Virus record (IMG/VR): IMGVR_UViG_3300034993_000102
Coordinates: 1 to 44,141 of that record
Strand: one strand, 5' to 3'
From: a virus
Lineage: Duplodnaviria; Caudoviricetes
DNA: 44,141 nucleotides
Position numbers and translations under genes: made by a program. The notes below the pieces were generated by a model, which worked only from the letters and a program-made list of their open reading frames with translations, was not told where the DNA came from and did not search any database. Shown here piece by piece: positions 26,955 to 35,099 of the stretch (its first letter is position 1; every line of letters starts with the position of its first letter).

Positions 26955-27772
26955 AACATAAATTCGGGGTGCCGCTGCACCTCGTGATCTTCGGGGATGT
27001 CCACCGGGACAGCCCAAACTTCGCTGACGGCGCGTGGCAAAGTTTCCTCAAGCGCGCCAAGTCACTTCCGAACGTAATTTTCCTCGGTATGGGCGACATG
27101 GTGGATTCGGCTTCGACCTCGGAACGGGAATGCCTGGAGCGTTCAGCTTTCCACGAAAGCACGAAAAACGACTTGGTGAAGCTGGCCGAGGCGAAGATCA
27201 AGCTGATAGCTTCTGAACTGGACTTCATGCGGGGCCGGCTTGTCGGACTGATAAACGGGAACCACTTCTTTCACTTCCACGGAGACAACACCAATACCGA
27301 CCAGCGGCTGGCGCGGGAACTGTCTTGCAAATACCTGGGCGTGTGTGCGCTGATTCGGCTTTACATCGAATGCGGCACGCGCTCGCAAGCTGTTGACATC
27401 TTCGCGCATCACGGTAAAGGTGCGTCGCGCCTAATTGGCGGTTCGTTAAATCGAGTGGCCCAAATGGTGGAAGGTGTCGAAGCTGACATCTTCATAATGG
27501 GGCATGACCACAAGCGGGGCGTGGTACCAACTACGCCCCGCATTTATTTGGATCACAGTGCGCGCGACGGTTTCAAGGTTCGCCACAAAGAAGTTTGGAT
27601 CGCACGCTCGGGTTCGTTCCTGGCTTCCTACCGGGACGGCGAGGTTAATTACAACGTGGACGCCGGACGCCTGCCGTCGAGCCTCGGCCACGTCGAGATG
27701 ATTTTTACCGCGCACCACATCGGGAGAAAAGACGGTCCGCCCGACACGCTTTCAATCAACGCTTGGGCATGA
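26912..27772 (+). CDS. Calcineurin-like metallophosphoesterase
   Basis: GDVH, MGD, GNH, HHG, GHDH motifs. Confidence 0.88.
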   Translation: MQTSGLFTTHSFVVKHKFGVPLHLVIFGDVHRDSPNFADGAWQSFLKRAKSLPNVIFLGMGDMVDSASTSERECLERSAFHESTKNDLVKLAEAKIKLIASELDFMRGRLVGLINGNHFFHFHGDNTNTDQRLARELSCKYLGVCALIRLYIECGTRSQAVDIFAHHGKGASRLIGGSLNRVAQMVEGVEADIFIMGHDHKRGVVPTTPRIYLDHSARDGFKVRHKEVWIARSGSFLASYRDGEVNYNVDAGRLPSSLGHVEMIFTAHHIGRKDGPPDTLSINAWA

Positions 27773-28011
27773 AAACGTTTCCAGATATTGCCGGAATCCG
27801 CCCGGCGATTACTGCGAACGCCCAACATTCGCGGCATTCCGCAAAATCCCTATTTCCGAAACTTTCCGGAAACACCTGCCCTGAATGCTACGGGGAAGAC
27901 GGGGACCACGCCGAAACCTGCCCTTTTTACTCGAAAGAGGAGGATTCGAGTATGCAAAAAAAGCATACTCGCGACGCAATTATTACTTGCATCGTAAGCG
28001 GCTTAGGATAA
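27769..28011 (+). CDS. Hypothetical protein with CxxC..H...C motif
   Basis: ATGA-coupled; CPEC...HAETC. Confidence 0.45.
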   Translation: MKTFPDIAGIRPAITANAQHSRHSAKSLFPKLSGNTCPECYGEDGDHAETCPFYSKEEDSSMQKKHTRDAIITCIVSGLG

Positions 28012-28014
28012 ATT
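27987..28014 (+). promoter_or_regulatory. Candidate promoter with palindrome TAAGCGGCTTA in spacer
   Basis: TTGCAT-N16-TAAATT, 6 nt before ATG 28021. Confidence 0.5.
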
Positions 28015-28020
28015 GAGGAC

Positions 28021-28251
28021 ATGAAAACGGTGCTTGAAAAACTAAATAGCAAATACGGCAACTCGGAAATCACCCGGCTTGCGAACGCTGGAGACATGGC
28101 CGGCGCACAAAACATCGCGGCCGGAATGGGCGCATGGGGGCTGTGGGAGGAAATCGGTCAGGCGGCTGGACTGCCCTGCGATGGCGCCGCCCGCGCACAA
28201 TGGCTGGAGAATTTCAAGGCTCGCCGCGCCGCCAAATTTGCCAAACACTAA
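28021..28251 (+). CDS. Hypothetical protein
   Basis: First gene after promoter. Confidence 0.65.
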   Translation: MKTVLEKLNSKYGNSEITRLANAGDMAGAQNIAAGMGAWGLWEEIGQAAGLPCDGAARAQWLENFKARRAAKFAKH

Positions 28252-28256
28252 TCCCA

Positions 28257-28420
28257 TGAACGAAAACAAAACGACACCAGCGGAACAGAACGACGCCATC
28301 CGCGAGCGGGTAAACAGGGAGATGCCGAGGCCGGTTGGCGGATTCGAGTCGAGCGAGCAGGAAGACGAATTTCGCGCAGCCCACGAAGCGCGGTTCATGG
28401 AACTGGTGCAGAACCAATGA
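28257..28420 (+). CDS. Hypothetical acidic protein (MNENKTTP...; start approximate)
   Basis: ATG after A/C-rich leader; coupled to next gene. Confidence 0.5.
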
Positions 28421-28701
28421 CCTCCGCCGCGCGAAAATACCTCTCCGACATCGGTCGGAGAGGCGGACAGAAAAGCCGCCGCACGCTCACCACGGCGCAG
28501 GCTACGAAAATGTGGCGGGCTAGGGAGCTCAAGGCCGCAGCGAAGCGCAAGGCGCTCAAAAACCTTGAGCGGTTACAGTTCGACACTGACACCGAGAGCG
28601 CCCACGCCAAAGCCGACGACGTTCTTTGCGGATTCCTTCGGGCAATCGGCTATGCCGATGTCGTGGAGGAATTCGAGAAGGTCCAAAAATGGTATGCGTG
28701 A
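28417..28701 (+). CDS. Basic protein with KGG-like motif
   Basis: RKYLSDIGRRGGQKS. Confidence 0.65.
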   Translation: MTSAARKYLSDIGRRGGQKSRRTLTTAQATKMWRARELKAAAKRKALKNLERLQFDTDTESAHAKADDVLCGFLRAIGYADVVEEFEKVQKWYA

Positions 28702-28717
28702 ATCGAAAGGTGAAGGC

Positions 28718-28918
28718 GTGAAACACGGATTCCTCGTGCGGCAGCCCTTGCCGTTTGGAAAACACGAACTCTGGCCGTCCGAATATCTGACGCTGGCGGA
28801 GGCAATCCGCGAAGTGGATCGTGTTGGCAATACCGCCGTCGAAATCATCAACGCGGCTGGCGAAGTCGTCATGCACTCTAGGCTATGGTGGAAGCAGGGC
28901 AAGGACGGCAGGCCGTGA
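28718..28918 (+). CDS. Hypothetical protein
   Basis: GTG start after GAAGG. Confidence 0.5.
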   Translation: MKHGFLVRQPLPFGKHELWPSEYLTLAEAIREVDRVGNTAVEIINAAGEVVMHSRLWWKQGKDGRP

Positions 28919-29097
28919 AACTAAAACGCGAGGGGGAGCCATCGTTTGAGTTTGACAACTGGTGGAGCGTCAATCACCCGTTCGACTGGTGGGCCAGCGA
29001 GCGAGACGGGGAGCCTCTGCCGCACGCCGACCGGCTGCGCGTTGCGCTGATGGCGCGGGCTGCGTGGGAAGCGGCAAAGCGAAAGGCGAAGGCGTGA
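28915..29097 (+). CDS. Hypothetical protein
   Basis: GTGA-coupled; AAWEAA ending. Confidence 0.5.
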   Translation: MKLKREGEPSFEFDNWWSVNHPFDWWASERDGEPLPHADRLRVALMARAAWEAAKRKAKA

Positions 29098-29402
29098 AAA
29101 GCAAGGCACGGAAAACCAAACTCATCAACGACTATCTCGTTGATATGGTGATCCGCAATGGCGACCGCTCCCTATCCGAACTCGACCCGAGAACAGCGGC
29201 CGGCGAGTTTCTCGCCCTTGTGAATTTTCTGCGCGTCAACCGTTTTCCGTTGAAAATTCAGCGGCATAACATCGCGGAGTGGATATTTGGCGAAGGGTCG
29301 GATTCAGCAGTCAAGAAAATTCGGGCTCTCGCGGGGCAACTGGATGAGCGGAAATTGCGGGGCGCACTGGCGTTACCAAAGCGTTACCGTGATTTTCAAT
29401 GA
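29094..29402 (+). CDS. Hypothetical protein
   Basis: GTGA-coupled. Confidence 0.5.
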   Translation: MKSKARKTKLINDYLVDMVIRNGDRSLSELDPRTAAGEFLALVNFLRVNRFPLKIQRHNIAEWIFGEGSDSAVKKIRALAGQLDERKLRGALALPKRYRDFQ

Positions 29403-29632
29403 GCAGAAACACCAATGAAAGCGCATTAAGCCCCTACCTTGACACGGTAGGGGTCAGAGGTTCGAAACCTCTACCGCGCACCATCTAATTTATGCCTATT
29501 TACATTGATCCAACCGTGATTCCATTGAGCATTTACACGGTTGAGATGTTAGGACCGGCAAACAACAAACAGCAACCAATGACAACGAAAACACACCCAG
29601 AACAGGCAAAAGTCGTTTCCAAAGCGTTACCG
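29371..29632 (+). repeat. Candidate integrase arm-type sites flanking attP
   Basis: CGTTACCAAAGCGTTACCG (29371-29389) and CGTTTCCAAAGCGTTACCG (29614-29632), 18/19 identical. Confidence 0.65.
29434..29483 (+). mobile_element. attP core: 3' part of tRNA-Val(GAC)
   Basis: Anticodon arm CTACC-TTGACAC-GGTAG, variable loop GGGTC, T arm AGAGG-TTCGAAA-CCTCT, acceptor 3' strand and ACCA; 5' half absent; integrase nearby. Confidence 0.88.
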
Positions 29633-30019
29633 GAATCTTCAATGGATCGCATCTCCAAAGCACTCAAGGCGTATCCCGACTCCGACCTGGTATCGCTCGC
29701 TGAAACACTGACCACGATTCAGGAACGGGCGGCGGAGCTTCACGAGGAACAAGCGGCCAAGTCGCAGGAGTGGGCGATGCGGGCAGCGGACGAAATTCTT
29801 GCTTTTGATCACGTTCCATTCCGAGAACAACTCGCCGCCATCATCCAGCGTCATGCGCCGCCGAGCATGGAGCGTGATCTTGCGGATGCGCTGCGGGACT
29901 TACTTGGCAATGATGAGCATATCGTTCATCACGCTATTGCTATGCACTGCAAGACTTGCAAAGCAGAAGATTCCGCCCGTGCCGTGCTCGCCCGCTACGA
30001 CGCGAAAGGAACGAATTGA
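29579..30019 (+). CDS. Hypothetical protein
   Basis: ATG after A/C-rich leader; ends in ARAVLA motif. Confidence 0.55.
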   Translation: MTTKTHPEQAKVVSKALPESSMDRISKALKAYPDSDLVSLAETLTTIQERAAELHEEQAAKSQEWAMRAADEILAFDHVPFREQLAAIIQRHAPPSMERDLADALRDLLGNDEHIVHHAIAMHCKTCKAEDSARAVLARYDAKGTN

Positions 30020-30146
30020 AACCCAACAAGCGCAACACCCAAGGATGGCGTAAAGCGCGACTCACGCGCCTGCTTTATACCAAACCACTAACGCCACAAC
30101 AGGCCGCGCGCATCGCGCAGCTTGAGCGAACCTCCCTTTATTTACC

Positions 30147-30335
30147 ATGACCATGACCATCTTGAGCGAGGAATTGCGTGTTAGGATGGAACGACCGAAG
30201 GGAACCGTTGTTCTTTTCAACGGGCGCAACTGGCTGCTCGTGGACTACTCGGACGGGATCGCCACGCTGCGGATTTACCACGCGCAGGAATATACGCCAG
30301 AGGAATGGTTTGAGGACTGCCCGTTTGTAAAGTGA
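30147..30335 (+). CDS. Hypothetical protein
   Basis: Coupled to integrase start. Confidence 0.5.
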   Translation: MTMTILSEELRVRMERPKGTVVLFNGRNWLLVDYSDGIATLRIYHAQEYTPEEWFEDCPFVK

Positions 30336-31498
30336 CCATCACGCCCACAACCAAGCACGGACAACCCCGCTGGCGCGTGGACCTCGGCCGGCAGCTCGTG
30401 GGCGGGGCGCAGAGGCGTATAGTGCGGTTTTTTAAGTCTGAAACCGCCGCGAAGGCCTTCGCGGCCCGGGCAGCGCAGGACCGCGCCGAGATTGGCCGGC
30501 GGTGGAGCGATCTGCCGGCGCACCGGCGCCACGCCACGCTTGAGACGCTCGCGGAGATGGAAGCCGCCGGGCAGACATTGCAAGGCGTGTGGAACGCTTT
30601 CAGGGCGGAACGGCTGAAGGCCGCGGACACCACGAACCGAAAGACGCTGCGGGAAGTCATTGACGAACTGGCCGAGACCAAGCGCCGCACCCAGAAGCGG
30701 GAGAACTACGTCAAGGGGCTGGTCTGGTACTGCCGGCGCTTCGCCCGCGGGCGCGAGGAAATGACGGTTGACAAGGTGACGGAGCACGATGTCGAGGCGT
30801 GGTTTGCGGAACGCAAGGAGGCGCTATCAACTCAGGCGAGCAACCTATTCCGGCTATCCTGCATGTTCTCGCTGGCCGTCCGCCGCGGCTACCGCGCCGA
30901 TAACCCGTGTGATCGGGTGGAGCGGATTACCGTCGAAGAGCGGCCACCGCAGATTTTCTCAGTTCACCGGAGCGCCAAGATCCTGATTCGAGCCGCAAAG
31001 CGGGAACCGGCGTTCCTCAACTGGGTGGCAATGTGCCTCTGCGCCGGGCTGCGGCCCGAGGAGGCGGACAAGGTGGGCCCGGAGCACCTCGAGCTCGAGC
31101 GCGGCGTGATTCGGCTGTCCGCGGCGATTAGCAAGGTGCGCACGTCGAGAATCGTTCACCTGACGCCCAGCGCGCGCGCCTGGCTCACGCTGGCGCAAAG
31201 ACTCGGCTCACGCTTCAAGATGCCGCACGCGACGCGCAGGCGCTGCCAGCGGCGCCTGCGCGAGTGGATGAAGCTGCCGAAGTGGCCGCAAGACATTTTG
31301 CGCCACACCGCGGCGAGCCACCTGCTGGCGCATTTTCAGAGTTTCTCGCACGTCGGAATGGAACTCGGCAACAGCGAGACTATCCTGCGGAAGCATTACC
31401 GCGAGCTGGTCACGAAGGAGCACGGCGACGCTTTCGTCGCGATGGAACCGAGCCGGCGAATGTTGGAACGCGCGATCCGGTTGAGAAAGGCGGCTTGA
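30332..31498 (+). CDS. int: Tyrosine integrase
   Basis: AGLRPEE (R), SKVR (K), ILRHT, LGNS, RKHY (Y) catalytic pattern; N-terminal arm-binding-like domain. Confidence 0.95.
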   Translation: MTITPTTKHGQPRWRVDLGRQLVGGAQRRIVRFFKSETAAKAFAARAAQDRAEIGRRWSDLPAHRRHATLETLAEMEAAGQTLQGVWNAFRAERLKAADTTNRKTLREVIDELAETKRRTQKRENYVKGLVWYCRRFARGREEMTVDKVTEHDVEAWFAERKEALSTQASNLFRLSCMFSLAVRRGYRADNPCDRVERITVEERPPQIFSVHRSAKILIRAAKREPAFLNWVAMCLCAGLRPEEADKVGPEHLELERGVIRLSAAISKVRTSRIVHLTPSARAWLTLAQRLGSRFKMPHATRRRCQRRLREWMKLPKWPQDILRHTAASHLLAHFQSFSHVGMELGNSETILRKHYRELVTKEHGDAFVAMEPSRRMLERAIRLRKAA

Positions 31499-31636
31499 AA
31501 GTGCGCGCTCTTTTGAAGAAAACCAAGCGCCGTGCGTCAGTTCTCAATTATTTAATGCCTTACCAATACGATCCTCTATTTTTTGTCGTTACGAAAACAA
31601 AATCCACCGTTTGGTGCGGTGCGTCATCTCGCCTCC

Positions 31637-31906
31637 CTAGTCACCTCGGTGAAACCGTTTTGACTTGTGACCGCTGCGATTGGGCTGAGTTTTGTGATCG
31701 GGTGACGGAGCCGCTTCCGCCGCTGGAGTAGCCGACAACTTTTGCTGGAGTAGTTTCCACCTTTCGCGGACCAGCTCTTCGACGAAGGCCGTAAAGTTTC
31801 CCCTATCTTCCGAGGCCATCATCTTGTGCGCCTTGTCCCAAAGGGCGCGCTCAATATTGATGGTTGTTCTTTTCTTCCGCCCCGTCCGTGGCTTTTCACG
31901 ATCCAT
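31637..31906 (-). CDS. Ribbon-helix-helix regulator (repressor candidate)
   Basis: KRTTINI strand, helix, GNFTAFVEELVRE helix. Confidence 0.7.
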   Translation of the reverse strand: MDREKPRTGRKKRTTINIERALWDKAHKMMASEDRGNFTAFVEELVRERWKLLQQKLSATPAAEAAPSPDHKTQPNRSGHKSKRFHRGD

Positions 31907-32108
31907 GTGGTTCTAAATTTTCGGCCTTCCGCATGAAGTCGTTCAGGCCAGCGTCCTGCCGAACCCTCATCGTGATGTATTCCGACAGGCCACTGAACCC
32001 GAAACGAATCATCACGACTTGTGCCGCGTGCTGGATTTGTGGAGCGAGAGAGATGGTGGTTCGCACCACTCTTTCGTGCCGTGTTTTCAAGCTCTGTTTA
32101 GTGCTCAT
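31896..32108 (-). CDS. Ribbon-helix-helix regulator
   Basis: VRTTISL strand, GFSGLSEYITMRVR; start at ATG 32108. Confidence 0.7.
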   Translation of the reverse strand: MSTKQSLKTRHERVVRTTISLAPQIQHAAQVVMIRFGFSGLSEYITMRVRQDAGLNDFMRKAENLEPHGS

Positions 32109-32225
32109 GCATACACGGTATGCATGACAGGCATAACAAGTCAAAGCAAAAAATGGCTAGGCCCAAAAAAGAATTTTGAAAATTCCTGTTGACGGCTTGC
32201 ATACGATGGGTGCAAAACGTATGCA
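32105..32225. promoter_or_regulatory. Divergent promoter/operator region
   Basis: Palindrome TCATGCATAC-N3-GTATGCATGA (32105-32127); TGCATACG-N12-CGTATGCA (32198-32225); leftward TTGACT-N18-TACCGT; rightward TTGACG at 32189. Confidence 0.75.
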
Positions 32226-32231
32226 CAAGTT

Positions 32232-32402
32232 ATGGCTAACAGATGCAAACCACCGAAGAAGCGAACGACAATTTCGATCAGTGATACGACCCACGCCATC
32301 GGCAAAAAGATCGCGGCAATGGAGCGCCGCAACTTTTCGGGGATGCTGGCGAACGCCATCGAGGAGCGGTGGCTGGCGAAGCAGAAGGAGCGCGCAGCGT
32401 GA
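32232..32402 (+). CDS. Ribbon-helix-helix regulator (Cro-position), 56 aa
   Basis: MANRCKPPKKRTTISISDTT...ERRNFSGMLANAIEERW; not in ORF track; similar to 31637-31906 product. Confidence 0.75.
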   Translation: MANRCKPPKKRTTISISDTTHAIGKKIAAMERRNFSGMLANAIEERWLAKQKERAA

Positions 32403-32650
32403 AAACCAAGGACGTGACCATCGTTTACGCCATCGTGGACGAGGCTGCATACCGCCGCGACGGCCATCGGATGCTCTACGAGCAGCACGGGCTTTTATCG
32501 CACACGGTTTCATTGGGCGACATGGTGGCTGCTAATCACGCGCTGGAAACGGCGCTCCAACAGATCGCGTCGGGCTTTGGCGAACCAGCGAAGATCGCGC
32601 AGGCGGCGCTGGAAGCGGATACCGCCAGAATCGTGGAGGCGCTCAAGTGA
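32399..32650 (+). CDS. Hypothetical protein
   Basis: GTGA-coupled both ends. Confidence 0.55.
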   Translation: MKTKDVTIVYAIVDEAAYRRDGHRMLYEQHGLLSHTVSLGDMVAANHALETALQQIASGFGEPAKIAQAALEADTARIVEALK

Positions 32651-32679
32651 ACCGTAAAACCAAAACCAAAACCAAACCT

Positions 32680-33051
32680 ATGCCAGAAAAACAACATACC
32701 GCAGAAGAAAACATCCACGCCAAGCACGTTTTCAACACCGAGGAAACAATCGAACTTTCTCGCGAGCTTGCCCGTGTTTGCACCGCAGTTGCGACGCTTC
32801 AGGCCGAGAAGTCTGCCGTGACGAAAGATTTCGCATCGCGCATTGAGACGAACGAAATCAAAAGCTCGTTGCTAGTTGACAAAATCACCAGCGGTTACGA
32901 GATGCGGCCAACGGACTGCATTGTTCAATTCGACCCGAAGAATCGCTCGAAAGATTACTTCCGCAAAGACTCTCTTGGGCTGGCCGGAGAATTCATCGAA
33001 CGCCGGGAAATGACTCAAGCGGACTTTCAGCTCTGCCTGCCGACCGCATGA
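32680..33051 (+). CDS. Hypothetical phage coiled-coil protein
   Basis: ATG after (AAAACC)n leader; SGYEMR...REMT..Q..L ending common in phage early genes. Confidence 0.65.
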   Translation: MPEKQHTAEENIHAKHVFNTEETIELSRELARVCTAVATLQAEKSAVTKDFASRIETNEIKSSLLVDKITSGYEMRPTDCIVQFDPKNRSKDYFRKDSLGLAGEFIERREMTQADFQLCLPTA

Positions 33052-33302
33052 ACCCGATGCGCCGAACGCAGTGGTCTCTGCTCTTCGCCGAACTCCGCGC
33101 TTGGATCTCCGCTATCCCCGAGGCGCGCCACGCGGCCACCGCGGTTTGCGATGGCTGCGGGAAGCGGCTGTTCCTAGTCAGGGGCCGGCACAGCGGGAAA
33201 TACTTTTTCTCGCACGATGGACTGAGCGGGTGTGAGTCGGCTCGGGCTGTGTTCTTCGACAACAAGCAGGAGGCCGAAACGGCCAGGGAGGTTTTCAAGT
33301 GA
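33048..33302 (+). CDS. Hypothetical protein with CxxC
   Basis: Coupled ORF. Confidence 0.55.
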   Translation: MNPMRRTQWSLLFAELRAWISAIPEARHAATAVCDGCGKRLFLVRGRHSGKYFFSHDGLSGCESARAVFFDNKQEAETAREVFK

Positions 33303-34273
33303 GCGAGCAAAAATTCATTGCATCAATGATCGGTTTCAAAGCCACCAACGCGGATTTAACCTGCCAGGGTTTCAAGTTTGAAATCGGGAAATGGCACGAG
33401 ATCGACGGCGAGATCGAACTGTGCAAGCGCGGGTTTCACTTCTGCGTTCATGCGTCTGGGCCATACGCCCACTACTCACAATCGGACGCGCGCGTTTTCA
33501 AAGTCGAAGCGGAACAGGTTTTGAAAGTTCCGACCGAGGCCGGGGCCGATTTTAAGCTGGTGGCGAGGCGCATTCGGCTGGTGAGCGAAATCACGCCGGG
33601 AGGAGACGGGAACACCGGAGACAGGAACACCGGAGACGGGAACACCGCAGACGGGAACACCGGAAACAGGAACACCGGAGACAGGAACACCGGAAACTGG
33701 AACACCGGAAACTGGAACACCGCAGACGGGAACACCGGAGACAGGAACACCGGAAACTGGAACACCGGAAACTGGAACACCGGAAACAGGAACACCGGAT
33801 ACGGGAACACCGGAAACAGGAACATCGGAGACGGGAACACCGGAGACGGGAACACCGGAGACGGGAACACCGGAGACAGGAACACCGGAGACAGGAACAC
33901 CGGATACGGGAACACCGGAAACTGGAACACCGGAAACAGGAACACCGGAGACGGGAACACCGGAGACAGGAACACCGGAAACTGGAACACCGGAAACGGG
34001 AACACCGGAAACAGGAACACCGGATACGGGAATTCAGCCTCTTACTGCACTGGTTTTTTCTGCTCAAAGGATCCGCGCGTTCTATCGTTCGATGTCCAGA
34101 CAAAGCTGACGCACGCCGAATTTCTGGAGAATCACCCGGAGGCCAATACGCTTTCCGAGCTACTCCTAAAGCCGGAACTGATTGAGTTCGCGCCGTTCAA
34201 AAGGATTCCGGGGATCACCAAGTCGAAGCTCGCGAAGTTGCACGCGGCGCACCTGAAAGCGAGGGCCGCGTGA
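33299..34273 (+). CDS. Pentapeptide (NTGxx) repeat protein with N-terminal C..GFHFC domain
   Basis: GFK...LTCQGFKFEIG...LCKRGFHFC domain followed by about 29 G[DNY][GRW]NT units. Confidence 0.85.
   Translation: MSEQKFIASMIGFKATNADLTCQGFKFEIGKWHEIDGEIELCKRGFHFCVHASGPYAHYSQSDARVFKVEAEQVLKVPTEAGADFKLVARRIRLVSEITPGGDGNTGDRNTGDGNTADGNTGNRNTGDRNTGNWNTGNWNTADGNTGDRNTGNWNTGNWNTGNRNTGYGNTGNRNIGDGNTGDGNTGDGNTGDRNTGDRNTGYGNTGNWNTGNRNTGDGNTGDRNTGNWNTGNGNTGNRNTGYGNSASYCTGFFCSKDPRVLSFDVQTKLTHAEFLENHPEANTLSELLLKPELIEFAPFKRIPGITKSKLAKLHAAHLKARAA
33602..34033 (+). repeat. 15-nt coding tandem repeat GGA NAC NGG AAC ACC, about 29 units
   Basis: Directly visible. Confidence 0.95.
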
Positions 34274-34677
34274 CCAACCTAATCGCCAGTCTTTACCTGC
34301 TCGCCGTCACAAATTGGATGGATGTCACGCCACTAACTCCGGCCCGAGGTGGGTGGGAATATTCTCAAGAAACGCGTTCGTTTGAGTACGCGAACCGCAG
34401 GGAATCCGCAGGGGTTAAAAAATGGATCGGCCACGTCCGCACCAACACCTATGCGCGCGTGATTCACGGCGGGAAAACAAACGACGTTTTGCTTTCCGAG
34501 GGTGAGCCGGTTCTCGAAATCATCCGCGAGTTGACGCCCATCGTCACGACTACCTGGAGCACGAACGAAGTCACGCATGTGTATCAGCCGCTAATATGGG
34601 TCACGAACGGGACTGTAGGAATTCGAGCGATTGCTTTTACAAACAACCTTTTCTGGGGAGCCAACAGCAACCGATGA
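34270..34677 (+). CDS. Putative exported TN-rich protein
   Basis: Hydrophobic N-terminus, 7 TN dipeptides in 135 aa. Confidence 0.55.
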   Translation: MTNLIASLYLLAVTNWMDVTPLTPARGGWEYSQETRSFEYANRRESAGVKKWIGHVRTNTYARVIHGGKTNDVLLSEGEPVLEIIRELTPIVTTTWSTNEVTHVYQPLIWVTNGTVGIRAIAFTNNLFWGANSNR

Positions 34678-34901
34678 ACCTAACCCCGCAATCCGCCCCG
34701 CGCGACCTCGACGCACTGCTCTCGGTTGACGAGTTCCTCGCGTGGACGGGCAAGACGCCCGACGCGCGCACCCGCCGGTGGGCGAAGTGGAGCGCCGTTA
34801 ACAAAAGAATTCCCGCGGTGAAGATGGGCCGCGACTGGCTGTTTCACCCGCGGACTGTGTTGGCAACGTTAACAACTGGAGGTAAACCATGCTTCTCGTA
34901 A
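34674..34901 (+). CDS. Excisionase-like HTH protein
   Basis: LLSVDE...RIPAVKMGRDWLF pattern. Confidence 0.7.
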   Translation: MNLTPQSAPRDLDALLSVDEFLAWTGKTPDARTRRWAKWSAVNKRIPAVKMGRDWLFHPRTVLATLTTGGKPCFS

Positions 34902-35099
34902 TCATCTGTCTCTTCGCCATCGCGTCATTCTTGACGCTGTGGATCTGCGCCTGTTGCGTCGCGGCGAGCAAACCAATTCCGCCCGCCAGTCCCACCACGA
35001 AAGCGAGGGCCAACGCGGTCTCGGCTGTCGCCAACGTTCGATTGTCCCGGCTCAATCCCGCGCTGTTGGGCCGGCAATTTTCATTCGAGGACAACTAGC

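Noticed and set aside
29434-29483. Functional phage tRNA gene
   Set aside because: No 5' acceptor strand or D arm upstream; better explained as attP
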